DNA from: an uncultured virus (IMG/VR IMGVR_UViG_3300028840_003366)
Taxonomy: Duplodnaviria > Heunggongvirae > Uroviricota > Caudoviricetes
DNA: 20,000 nt
Reading direction: 5' to 3' (one strand)
IMG/VR virus record: IMGVR_UViG_3300028840_003366
Made by a program: the position numbers and the translations under genes. The stretch's first letter is position 1. The number at the start of each line of letters is the position of its first letter. The notes below the pieces were generated by a model. That model did no database searches. It saw only the letters and a list, made by a program, of their open reading frames with translations, and was not told where the DNA came from. Of this stretch, positions 7,367 through 15,780 are shown piece after piece.

Positions 7367-8298
7367 TCTCCTTCTGCTTTAATTATGATCTCAGCCTTGG
7401 AAGGCCTTTTGTAGAAACCAAACTTGTCATCATCCTTGCTGGGGGTTATTGTGGCCGTGAATCTAACCTTGTCCCCCTTGTTGGCTTCCTCTATGCTACT
7501 GGGAACTGATCCCCAAACCCGGAAACCTCTATTGTCCTTGACCATCATCTTCCATGATGGAAATTGAGCATATTCATCCGGCTCTTTGAGCTTCAGAATC
7601 ACGCCTTCAATCTGAGTCCGGCCTTCAGGACAAGATTCAGCAGCAGCATTCTCAGCAGCCCACTTGGCTTCCAGATTCTTGCGCCGTTCCTCTCTGGTGT
7701 TGCCACTGGCAAGGTCATTGAGCATCTTGCGGACAAAATTGATTTGCTTGTCACTCAGACTCTCATACCTGACCAGCTTGCCAATAATGTTAGCAATGAT
7801 GCCCATTTCCTCAGAATGGAAGTGGTCCAGCACTATTCCGGCCCGAAAGTCAGCAGCCATCTTCTCGTGCTCTTCGTAAATGTCCCATGCTGTATTCAGT
7901 CCAGCATCTTGGAGTATCTGCTTGGCCTTCGTTTGTCCTGTCTTGAGATTATTCCAATCAGTGACTGATTTACGCATATTTCGGAAAGCAGCCTTGTGAT
8001 TACCTCCAAGATTTCCACAGCAGGTTTCACCAACCTCAATGTAGCTATTGGATGGAGCATGATAAAAGCAAGCCAGGTAGTTTGCATGAGCGCCACACAC
8101 ATGGCAGCTGCCGCCATGCTCGTGCATTGAATATACTCCACCTGTCCGGATCATATGCTCCCGTATGATTTGACGCTGAGCCGCATCATGTAACACAGCC
8201 TCCAGTCCACCTGAGTTATAAGTTACGGCTACAAACTCATACTCTTCCGGATTGATAACTGAAGGTCTATGTTCATCCGTTCTTGTCATTATCTTCAT
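7363..8298 (-). CDS. Phage protein with Zn-binding N-terminal region and C-terminal OB-fold-like domain (island cassette 1)
   Basis: CHVCG...H...VGETC motif. The C-terminal GRTQIEGVILKLK...KMMVKDNRGFRVWGSVP...KGDKVRFTATI...FGFYKRP pattern resembles an OB fold. Confidence 0.7.
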   Translation of the reverse strand: MKIMTRTDEHRPSVINPEEYEFVAVTYNSGGLEAVLHDAAQRQIIREHMIRTGGVYSMHEHGGSCHVCGAHANYLACFYHAPSNSYIEVGETCCGNLGGNHKAAFRNMRKSVTDWNNLKTGQTKAKQILQDAGLNTAWDIYEEHEKMAADFRAGIVLDHFHSEEMGIIANIIGKLVRYESLSDKQINFVRKMLNDLASGNTREERRKNLEAKWAAENAAAESCPEGRTQIEGVILKLKEPDEYAQFPSWKMMVKDNRGFRVWGSVPSSIEEANKGDKVRFTATITPSKDDDKFGFYKRPSKAEIIIKAEGE

Positions 8299-8302
8299 TC
8301 TC

Positions 8303-8365
8303 CTATTTCTTCGCTTCGTAAAGACCTGTCCCCAGCCGCTTGCTTGAAATCTTTTGCTCTGCCAT
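8303..8365 (-). CDS. 20-aa leader ORF or gene remnant (MAEQKISSKRLGTGLYEAKK)
   Basis: First ATG downstream of the promoter, with TAAGGA RBS. Its TAG stop lies within the repeated junction motif. Confidence 0.45.
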   Translation of the reverse strand: MAEQKISSKRLGTGLYEAKK

Positions 8366-8394
8366 CTCTATTTCCTTATTAACGTTCTATAAGT

Positions 8395-8423
8395 AATATA
8401 ACATATTTTGATACGAATGTCAA
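8395..8423 (-). promoter_or_regulatory. Strong sigma70-type (early) promoter
   Basis: On the - strand: TTGACA (8418-8423), 17-bp spacer, extended -10 TGt-TATATT (8395-8400), with T-tract UP-like sequence upstream. Confidence 0.88.
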
Positions 8424-8448
8424 CAGAAAAATCGGAAAAATTTTATAG

Positions 8449-8499
8449 AAAATAAAAACTGCTCTAAACAGCTGGAAAACAACGGTTTAGAGCAGTTTT
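8449..8499 (-). terminator. Rho-independent terminator downstream of the sbcC-N/sbcD/coiled-coil genes
   Basis: Perfect 15-bp inverted repeat AAAACTGCTCTAAAC (8455-8469) / GTTTAGAGCAGTTTT (8485-8499), running into TTTTTATTTT on the - strand. Confidence 0.78.
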
Positions 8500-8511
8500 C
8501 TGAAATATCTA

Positions 8512-8766
8512 TCAATCTGTTTTTTCCAGTTTGGCTCCCCACTTCTTCATAAAGGCAGCATACTGGATCTTATATTTCTTCTCCAATCGTTTCATCTCTG
8601 CTTGCTTTTCCTCTAGCAATTCCTTGGCCGTCTCTATGTTAGAACAACTAAATTCATTCTTGAGTGATTTCAACAGCTGGTCAATTCTCCCCTGGGCTCG
8701 TTCCTTGTCCCGCTCAAGGTCTTTGACTTTCTTTTTCAATTCTATAACAGAATCTAGGTCAGTCAC
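8512..8766 (-). CDS. Small coiled-coil protein, probable middle segment or partner of split SbcC
   Basis: Heptad-rich helix-turn-helix hairpin, coupled to the sbcD stop. Confidence 0.7.
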   Translation of the reverse strand: MTDLDSVIELKKKVKDLERDKERAQGRIDQLLKSLKNEFSCSNIETAKELLEEKQAEMKRLEKKYKIQYAAFMKKWGAKLEKTD

Positions 8767-9763
8767 GTTTCAACGCCTCCAGTAACAGTTTTCTAACTGT
8801 GTTTTTTGTATATCGTTTCTTCATTAGGAATTCAATTGCCTCTGCATAGTCAAAACATTGAGCCTGCACATCTTTCAGCCCATGAATGAAATCAATCATG
8901 TCACTTTCATTACCTCTGCATTTGCCTTCAAAGTCATCTTCTACACTTATGAACTGTTCCAGTTTGGTGCTGAGATAATGAGTGAGTATGATTCCTGATT
9001 TACATAACAGACCAACCCGTGGAATATAACGAAGCTCATCAGCTTTTCTACGCATGAATGATCCACAATTCATGACAGGTATTCCATTCAGTTTTGTTTT
9101 GAATCCTTTGTGATTGTCTCCAAATACCAAGGCATCATATCCTATTGCTTTGCTTTTGAATTTTGAGATATGGTTATTCTTAGGAGCCTGAGGATGTTTG
9201 TATTTTTTTATCCAAAGATACTCATGGATAAGAGCAATGTCTGTTCTTTCTTTTGATGTGTTTTTCTTGTTCAATGGTTTCAATGGAACTCCCCACGGAA
9301 ATCCATGTACTACAATGTTGTTTTCTATGGGAAGAAAATTGAGAACAGGACTGATCCGATCAGCCAGCACCATGGTCCAGAAAGCAGATTTTTCAATTAG
9401 GTCAATGTTGTGAAGAGGTAAATCATGCTGACCTGGAACAGCGTACATAGTGGGAAGGTGCTGCAAAGCAAAATTGATCAATGCAGGATCAGCTTTCCAA
9501 TAATCAAACACATCTCCAGCACAGAGGATAGGGGCTTTGTAAAAGTCAGCTATTTCAGTCAATTGGTCCAATGGTTTTTTCATTGCAGCAAACCAATCCT
9601 TTTCTTCCCTACGCACTCGTGGAGGTTTGCTGCTCAGATGAATATCAGAACAGAGAATAGCTATGACTTTATCTTCACCAAGCTCCCGCATAACGGGCAG
9701 GTTTGTCCTATCATCTTTTTTAGCTTTCTTTCGTCTGATTCTAGTTTTCTTTCTGTCTGGCAT
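8759..9763 (-). CDS. sbcD: SbcD/Mre11-like metallophosphoesterase nuclease
   Basis: SDIHL, AGDVFD, PGQHD, LIH, GDNH and NCGS motifs. The true start may be ATG 9691. Confidence 0.9.
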   Translation of the reverse strand: MPDRKKTRIRRKKAKKDDRTNLPVMRELGEDKVIAILCSDIHLSSKPPRVRREEKDWFAAMKKPLDQLTEIADFYKAPILCAGDVFDYWKADPALINFALQHLPTMYAVPGQHDLPLHNIDLIEKSAFWTMVLADRISPVLNFLPIENNIVVHGFPWGVPLKPLNKKNTSKERTDIALIHEYLWIKKYKHPQAPKNNHISKFKSKAIGYDALVFGDNHKGFKTKLNGIPVMNCGSFMRRKADELRYIPRVGLLCKSGIILTHYLSTKLEQFISVEDDFEGKCRGNESDMIDFIHGLKDVQAQCFDYAEAIEFLMKKRYTKNTVRKLLLEALKRD

Positions 9764-10686
9764 ATTCTTTCCTGTTCTGTTTCCATTTCAGCAATGTGGT
9801 CTGATAGTCTTTTAACCAGCTGCTCCGTCTTATTATATTTGTTGGTGATTGAAACCAGCTGTTTGATATTAGGTATTTTCATGGTAGATACCTGGCTGGC
9901 TTTTTCAAGGTCACATAGGATTTTAGATAGAGATTCTACCTGAAAGGTTGCTTTCTGTAGCTCAATACCTGTTTTTAATGCTCTCTCGCACTCAAAATAG
10001 CCCTTAGAAAGGCGTTTCTTTCTTTTTAGGTACCTTTCTATAGTTTGTACGCTCTCGCTCATAGAAACGAAATTTGAGCGTGTTTCATCTATCTGCAAGG
10101 ACAGTTGTTCCAATCGTTGAAAGTCAGCGCTCATTCTCTTCACGAAACGTAGGTGTTTTGCTGATTGTGATACTTCGTCCAAACGTTTTTCGCTCAGAGT
10201 CACTTCCATTCTGGTTTGTCTAATTTTGTTGTTCAGATTTGAAAGAGTGGAATCAATAATCTCCAAATCTACAATCTGGTTCAGTTGCTTGCTTACTTCT
10301 CCGGGAGAAATCATGAACCAATATGGAGCATCGAATTGAAGTTGAAAATTCAATTCCTCCATGCCCAGGAATTGTTTGACCTCTTCCGGGACATTGGCGC
10401 CAAAGGCCTCTAGTGTCTGGCCGTTGACCTTGTAGATGTTAATGCCCTTTCCTTTTTTTCGGGACACTATACCGTTCTCAGTTTTCAATCCTACAAAAGC
10501 TGGTTTGTTTTCATCCCGGATAAAGGAATCACCCAGAGGACGATTCAGGACAACCCATTGAATAGCTCTGATGATTGAACTCTTCCCGGCATCCGTGGCA
10601 CCTGTGAAGGTGGTAATGCCTGGGTCCAGCTTGGCCTTGAACTTATCATGGGCCTCAAAGTTTTTGATTAACAATTCTTTGATCAC
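9661..10686 (-). CDS. sbcC: SbcC/Rad50 N-terminal half (Walker A, coiled coil, Zn hook)
   Basis: IKNFEAH, Walker A GATDAGKSS, Q-loop NFQLQ, a coiled coil and terminal CPLCG. No Walker B in this ORF. Confidence 0.9.
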   Translation of the reverse strand: MIKELLIKNFEAHDKFKAKLDPGITTFTGATDAGKSSIIRAIQWVVLNRPLGDSFIRDENKPAFVGLKTENGIVSRKKGKGINIYKVNGQTLEAFGANVPEEVKQFLGMEELNFQLQFDAPYWFMISPGEVSKQLNQIVDLEIIDSTLSNLNNKIRQTRMEVTLSEKRLDEVSQSAKHLRFVKRMSADFQRLEQLSLQIDETRSNFVSMSESVQTIERYLKRKKRLSKGYFECERALKTGIELQKATFQVESLSKILCDLEKASQVSTMKIPNIKQLVSITNKYNKTEQLVKRLSDHIAEMETEQERICQTERKLESDERKLKKMIGQTCPLCGSLVKIKS

Positions 10687-10807
10687 GATTCTTCTTCCCT
10701 CTCTCTTTGTCTATCCAACCACATCTCCAGCAAATCCATATTTGATATTCATCATCCCAGACCACGGTGCTTTTTCCAGAGCATTTCTTACAACTGACTG
10801 ATCTCAT
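10655..10807 (-). CDS. Small Zn-ribbon protein (50 aa), absent from the ORF track
   Basis: MRSVSCKKCSGKSTVVWDDEYQIWICWRCGWIDKE... fills the gap exactly, with ATGA overlap at 10804-10807. Confidence 0.7.
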   Translation of the reverse strand: MRSVSCKKCSGKSTVVWDDEYQIWICWRCGWIDKERGKKNRDQRIVNQKL

Positions 10808-11427
10808 GGTTCAATAGCCTTAAATTCAAATGATTCAAGATGATCAATTGTTGATATCCATTTTCCATCTTTGAAATCACAACCTATATTATAGATAGCG
10901 TCTTTCTCAACAATGGACATTTTTCTTCCTGGACAATCTGTGGGCAGTTCTCCCTTAGCTCCTCTACAGATTTCACAATATCCCAGTTCATCATTGCCTG
11001 GTACTGGGATTATTTTGTGTTTCAATCTTTCTTCCTTTGATTTTCTAATCACATTTATTTTCAATATCATTTTTGGAACATCATCATGCTTCTCTGTTAT
11101 GGAAACTCTTGTTAGGTTTCCTACAACTTCTCCAGTATTTTTGATGATGGGAATTATGAATCCATCTTGGTCTATAAAATCCAATGCTTGCTCACCACGT
11201 TCTTTGACAGCTTTGCGAAATGCTTCCATCTGTTTATCATTTATTATCTTCATTTTTTCTTCCTTTAATAAAGGACACCATTGAGGACATAATTCATTTT
11301 CATCTATATCTATCTTTCGTCCATCTGCAAGATTACAATAGTATTCCCAATAGTAATCGCTATGATCATTTGTCATGTGTTCTTCTGGGGATTCATATAC
11401 ACATTCATCACAGCAAGGAATCTTCAT
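10804..11427 (-). CDS. Hypothetical multi-module Cys-rich protein
   Basis: Start at ATG 11427 overlaps the ruvC stop. Cys clusters CCDEC...CPQWCPL and CEICRGAKGELPTDCPG. Confidence 0.7.
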   Translation of the reverse strand: MKIPCCDECVYESPEEHMTNDHSDYYWEYYCNLADGRKIDIDENELCPQWCPLLKEEKMKIINDKQMEAFRKAVKERGEQALDFIDQDGFIIPIIKNTGEVVGNLTRVSITEKHDDVPKMILKINVIRKSKEERLKHKIIPVPGNDELGYCEICRGAKGELPTDCPGRKMSIVEKDAIYNIGCDFKDGKWISTIDHLESFEFKAIEP

Positions 11428-11912
11428 ATTTTGCCCGCCAAAAGTCTTCGCCCATATTCGCCAATGCACATGGCATCAGCTAATCCATCTGAATCTTTTT
11501 TACTCCTAGGCGTAGGTAGCAGGTTGATCTTAGGCCAAAGTCTTTTTGCTACAATGATACTTGCTTCCTTTGACTTCGGTGTATCTTTACAGATCACTTT
11601 CTTCCATGTTTTAGGATGAACAAGAGTGTAAGGAAGAAATAGTCCACAACAAATACCTCTGAGAATTCCCCATCCAGTTCCATAGTTGAACATGCTGACA
11701 CCACCTTGCTTTGGCATCGCTTGGGCTTTCTCAATAAATACATGTTCAATTTTTGTTTTGTAATTATATAGATAATCACGTATACCATTTTCATCTAGCA
11801 TATTTTTTGTCTTTGTCATTTTGAGAGTGGGAACAGGGATCACCTTTACTTTCTTCTTGCCAATAAAAGCAATAGCACCTTTCAGTCCTGGATCAATGCC
11901 TACAATGATCAT
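11424..11912 (-). CDS. ruvC: RuvC-like Holliday junction resolvase
   Basis: IVGIDPG, VFIEK, PKTWKK, DGLADAMCI. Start at ATG 11912 (ATGA overlap). Confidence 0.92.
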   Translation of the reverse strand: MIIVGIDPGLKGAIAFIGKKKVKVIPVPTLKMTKTKNMLDENGIRDYLYNYKTKIEHVFIEKAQAMPKQGGVSMFNYGTGWGILRGICCGLFLPYTLVHPKTWKKVICKDTPKSKEASIIVAKRLWPKINLLPTPRSKKDSDGLADAMCIGEYGRRLLAGKI

Positions 11913-12775
11913 CCTCTCTTCCTCACTATTGTCTTCCTTTTTCTTCTGAAAAATAATCGTTTGATTTCTTCCTTTGTTGCCGCAGGTCTGCTCCATGTTC
12001 TGGCAAATTTCTTCCACTTAGGATCTTGTTCACCTTTCTTATTCATATATAGCATAGCAAAAGGTAGGAAGCCTAATTTCCAAACAGCCAACATTCTTTT
12101 CAATGCTTTGTCTGTTGTATCATCTGGATATCCAACTAATACATAACAACGCATATGTCCGTAAGTAAATGCTGCATAGTGCAAAAGCTTTGAGGCTTCT
12201 CTTAATGGTTCATAATCATCTGGTGTATCATAAGCAAAAAACATTTGAGAAGGTCGAAGGTTCCATAATAATTCTACATGCCAATGTTTTAGTAATTTGG
12301 CTTCTAAACCTCCAGTAAATACTATTGAATTTCCTTTTTCTTTCTGTCTTGATAACATTTTGAAAACATCTTCTATATGTTTTCTACTACAAGCTAGTAA
12401 ATTATCATCTAATACATTCCATCCGTTTGTGATCGGATATTCTTTCAAATCTCCACTGCGTTTCCATACATCACAGAACCAACATTTATTTGGACATCCT
12501 CTGCTTGTAATAACATACCCTTTTTTGAGATACATTCCAGGTTGAAATTCTCCTCCTGGATTATCATATGCTGGTTTAACTGGAGCGATTTTTCCCCATG
12601 ACTTTGCCAATTTATTCTCAGCAAATTTTTTATCACCAGTAAAAGTCACACTGATATGGATTTCTTCAAAATCCATTTCACGTTCAATCAGACTAGGCAT
12701 TCCAACAAAAGCTAAATTATCATCTGGTGTTGCATTGGTTTTTCTAGGAAAGACTCTAGCTATTTTGTTAGTCAT
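11909..12775 (-). CDS. Radical SAM protein (phage-type, degenerate B12-binding-like N-terminus)
   Basis: TSRGCPNKCWFC (CxxxCxxC), DDNLLA, FTGGLE, FAYD, CYVLVGY. Start at ATG 12775 (ATGA overlap). Confidence 0.88.
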   Translation of the reverse strand: MTNKIARVFPRKTNATPDDNLAFVGMPSLIEREMDFEEIHISVTFTGDKKFAENKLAKSWGKIAPVKPAYDNPGGEFQPGMYLKKGYVITSRGCPNKCWFCDVWKRSGDLKEYPITNGWNVLDDNLLACSRKHIEDVFKMLSRQKEKGNSIVFTGGLEAKLLKHWHVELLWNLRPSQMFFAYDTPDDYEPLREASKLLHYAAFTYGHMRCYVLVGYPDDTTDKALKRMLAVWKLGFLPFAMLYMNKKGEQDPKWKKFARTWSRPAATKEEIKRLFFRRKRKTIVRKRG

Positions 12776-13665
12776 TTCCGTTTCCTCATCTTGAGCTTGC
12801 CTTTGAAAACACCTTTGAAAAAATTCAGCCATTGTTTTTGTCTACGTGGTTCCAGATAGCTCATGATATTATAATGCTTACAGAATTTGAAAAACATTCT
12901 GCTGTTATATTGAGGAGGATGAAAAGAGAATGGCTTGGTTTTCTTATGGGGAAGGATTGTCAATTTTCCCCATCGTTCAATCTCTTTGTCGCTTGTGACT
13001 ATGGTCTGATATTTTTTGGTGTGTTCTGATAGTTTTCCTGTCATGTAGTCAATAGCACTTTTCTCTCCAATCCCTTTCAGACCAGGAACACCATCAGAGT
13101 TGCATCCGCCCATGGCTTTGATAGTCCCCCACCATGCTGGACTAATTCCTTTTTTCTCTGTAAAGGATTTGACATCCAATAGCAGTTCTTTTCCAGGATC
13201 ATACCATTGGATATATGGAGTGATGCACTGATACAAATCTCCGTCTGAAGTAATGATGATTCCCTTCTCATCTTTTGCGTTTATTTCTTGAGCAACATAA
13301 GCAATCAAATCATCAGACTCAAGACCAACCTGCTTGAATACTGGAAATCCTATCTTGGGAAGGATTTTGTTTTTCAGTTTGTTGACCTGCTGATACATGA
13401 TGCTGATTTGCTGCTGCTCTTCCTCTGTGCGCTCCTCTTTCCTCTTCTTTTTGTAATCGGGGAAAGCTCTTGCTCTGTAGCTCCTTTTGGAATCAGCAAA
13501 GATGAGGACTCTATTGCTACTGATTATTGGGTTGGTGCAGATGGAATAGAGTTGTTCAAAGAATCCATACAAAACCCCTACCGGAATATCATCATGCTCC
13601 AAATCACCCAGAGCATACCGAGCACGGTGGGCAATATATGACAAATCTAGAAGTACCCATTTCAT
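12772..13665 (-). CDS. 5'-3' exonuclease / flap endonuclease (T4 RNase H / PolA N-terminal-like)
   Basis: LLDLSY, YKKKR, ESDDLI, TSDGDLYQ, and H3TH motif SDGVPGLKGIGEKSA. Confidence 0.92.
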   Translation of the reverse strand: MKWVLLDLSYIAHRARYALGDLEHDDIPVGVLYGFFEQLYSICTNPIISSNRVLIFADSKRSYRARAFPDYKKKRKEERTEEEQQQISIMYQQVNKLKNKILPKIGFPVFKQVGLESDDLIAYVAQEINAKDEKGIIITSDGDLYQCITPYIQWYDPGKELLLDVKSFTEKKGISPAWWGTIKAMGGCNSDGVPGLKGIGEKSAIDYMTGKLSEHTKKYQTIVTSDKEIERWGKLTILPHKKTKPFSFHPPQYNSRMFFKFCKHYNIMSYLEPRRQKQWLNFFKGVFKGKLKMRKRK

Positions 13666-13892
13666 AGTTCTATGTCCATTAGTTCTTTCTTGCCTTTTTT
13701 TGGTAGCAGTTCTTTACTATAGATTCTTATGAAGGTTTTTGGGGAAAATATTTTGATTGGTTCATAATCATATCCCCACAATCCATTTTGATCTATTTTC
13801 AATTTAGGTGGTTTGTTTGGATAAATTACAATAGCAGCATCTTCTGAATCGTCTCTGCATGCCCATGCTTCAATCAGTTTGGTTTTACTCAT
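13662..13892 (-). CDS. Hypothetical protein
   Basis: ATGA-coupled on both sides. Confidence 0.7.
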   Translation of the reverse strand: MSKTKLIEAWACRDDSEDAAIVIYPNKPPKLKIDQNGLWGYDYEPIKIFSPKTFIRIYSKELLPKKGKKELMDIEL

Positions 13893-14614
13893 TCTACAAC
13901 CTTTCTACTACCATCACTGTACTCAGCTATCTTGACAATCTCCCAGCATTCAACTTCCTTCATAGGTGCTCCCCAATGTCTTTGCCGCTGAGCAATATCA
14001 AAGAAATCTCCAGCAGTAGTGAAGAGCACATCAATCCTTCCACGTTGTTTCATTCTGTCTCGTGGTACGCTGAGATATGGTTTGATTTTAGGTGAGATAT
14101 TTCCAAACGGATAATCCTTATTGGCTCCATTGTACTCAGGAACATGAAACATATACTTATGACGCCAACCCTTATTCGGGAGCCATATCAAGGCTCTATG
14201 AAATTCATTCAGTTCAGGAGGAAGAGCAACAGTATAATGATGACGATTGATTCTACGCTCCTGAATGGGAAGTTGAGTCATATCATCATTTGCATATCTA
14301 CCATGTCCAGGATCACCGGGATCATATTTGCTGTAGCAGGTGGTCTTCAATGTTCTTGTCCAGCGATAGATTGGTTTATATCTGTAGTCAATGAGGATGG
14401 GAGTGGGAGCCACCACAGTCTCTTTCTGCGTTATGTGATCCGGGGAGGGAGCAGGGGAGGGAATGGCCTTTTGGATTTCAGTTTGTTGTGGCCATTCCAT
14501 CTGTGGCGGCTCCGTTTCTTTTTTCATATCATAATTGAGGCAAACACAAGACCAACCGCATAGTATGGGCAATATCATCCATGATATGGAACGGAAGTGT
14601 GCGAGCTTTTTCAA
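13889..14614 (-). CDS. Membrane-anchored/exported 3D-domain-like (MltA-related) protein
   Basis: Hydrophobic N-terminus, Pro-rich linker, TTCYS, VALP, and DRMKQRGRIDV...AQRQRHWG resembling the 3D motif D...RID...A..WG. Confidence 0.6.
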   Translation of the reverse strand: MKKLAHFRSISWMILPILCGWSCVCLNYDMKKETEPPQMEWPQQTEIQKAIPSPAPSPDHITQKETVVAPTPILIDYRYKPIYRWTRTLKTTCYSKYDPGDPGHGRYANDDMTQLPIQERRINRHHYTVALPPELNEFHRALIWLPNKGWRHKYMFHVPEYNGANKDYPFGNISPKIKPYLSVPRDRMKQRGRIDVLFTTAGDFFDIAQRQRHWGAPMKEVECWEIVKIAEYSDGSRKVVE

Positions 14615-15714
14615 TATCTATTCTTTCTATCCAGACTACAGGCTTGCCTGATTTCTCTCCAGCATCTGCCAGCTGTGACTTGAAGCTCTTTGTACAAATT
14701 GTTTTCTTCAATATGCTTTATCAACTTATCCCTTGAGAGAACAACATCAAACTCTTTAGCAACTATCTTTTTTCCTTGCAGGCTCCACCATTTTTCTTCA
14801 ATAAGATAGTCAATGCAGGAACCAATATCGTCAATGCCATAAGATGGGAATATATCCATCTTTGATTCATGCAACTCACCAGTGATGCGATTCTTTTTCA
14901 CCTTGAGGTTGATGTGAACACCTATTTGTCTAGTCTTTCCCTTGACCGTCTTTTTGATTTTCCCTGTGATGCTACTCCAAATCTCTATGGTGGCATAGAA
15001 AGTGAGTGACCTTCCACCTGACCTGGTTTTCTTCTCGAAACCAAAACCAATGTTATCCCTTGTCTGAGATATGACGATGAGGATTGAACCACTCTTTTTC
15101 AACTTGTGGACAGCCCTTCTCATATTGTCACTGTTCTTTCTTGCCTTCTGCGTTCCATAGCTCCCTGATACCGTTTTCCCTTTTTCGTGAGCTTCCTTTT
15201 CCTCTTCAAACTTGGTGCTCTCAGCCTCACTATCCAATCCATCCATGCTATCTAGAATATAGATGAATGGTTTATTGTCTTTGATTGCATTGTCCAGATT
15301 ATAATAGAACTCCTCAATCAGCATCGAATAGATTGGACTTCCATCTGCATCTTTCCTTGGCGGTTCAACTCTCTTTGCAACTTCTTTGTTGAAGAGTTTC
15401 TCCAAGTCAATGTTCATTCCATCCTCTACGTTGTCATATATTAGCCGGTAGTTCTTGAAGGATGGATGGCGAAGGGCTTCTGCAAAGCAAGTCATTGAAA
15501 GGAATGTTTTTCCACTGGCCGAATCACCAACAAGAAAATAGTATTTCCCCTTGGTGAATGCTCCAAAGGGATTATTGGTACACGCCAGATTCAAAAGTGT
15601 TGAACCTGATGAGAGTATATTTTTGGTTTTTATTTTCTCTTTCTTTTTCTTCTTTGGCTTTCTGTTTGCTGCTTCTGTTATTTGTGCTGTCATCTTTTTC
15701 TTCAGTTTGACCAT
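14611..15714 (-). CDS. recA: RecA/UvsX-like recombinase
   Basis: SSGSTLLNLA, Walker A GDSASGKT, YDNVE, Walker B ILDS, ISQTR, SGGRSLTFYA, KVKKNR, YGID. Start probably ATG 15714. Confidence 0.92.
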   Translation of the reverse strand: MVKLKKKMTAQITEAANRKPKKKKKEKIKTKNILSSGSTLLNLACTNNPFGAFTKGKYYFLVGDSASGKTFLSMTCFAEALRHPSFKNYRLIYDNVEDGMNIDLEKLFNKEVAKRVEPPRKDADGSPIYSMLIEEFYYNLDNAIKDNKPFIYILDSMDGLDSEAESTKFEEEKEAHEKGKTVSGSYGTQKARKNSDNMRRAVHKLKKSGSILIVISQTRDNIGFGFEKKTRSGGRSLTFYATIEIWSSITGKIKKTVKGKTRQIGVHINLKVKKNRITGELHESKMDIFPSYGIDDIGSCIDYLIEEKWWSLQGKKIVAKEFDVVLSRDKLIKHIEENNLYKELQVTAGRCWREIRQACSLDRKNRY

Positions 15715-15726
15715 TTGCTTTCTTCC

Positions 15727-15760
15727 TAAAATACAGGGGTGGGACAAAATGCCCCACCCC
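15727..15760 (-). terminator. GC-rich hairpin terminator after the SSB gene
   Basis: GGGGTGGG (15736-15743) / CCCACCCC (15753-15760), followed on the - strand by TGTATTTT. Confidence 0.7.
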
Positions 15761-15780
15761 CTTTATACAATCATTCCTCC

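Noticed and set aside
6804..8306. Junction repeats as a CRISPR array or integron attC sites
   Set aside because: Repeats are 14-19 nt and non-palindromic, separated by whole genes of variable length. No cas or integrase gene is in the window.
8455..8499. GTTTAGAGC resembles the start of type II-A CRISPR repeats, suggesting a mini-array, tracrRNA or RNA anti-CRISPR
   Set aside because: The match is only about 9 nt, occurs as an inverted pair rather than direct repeats with spacers, and is fully explained as a terminator.
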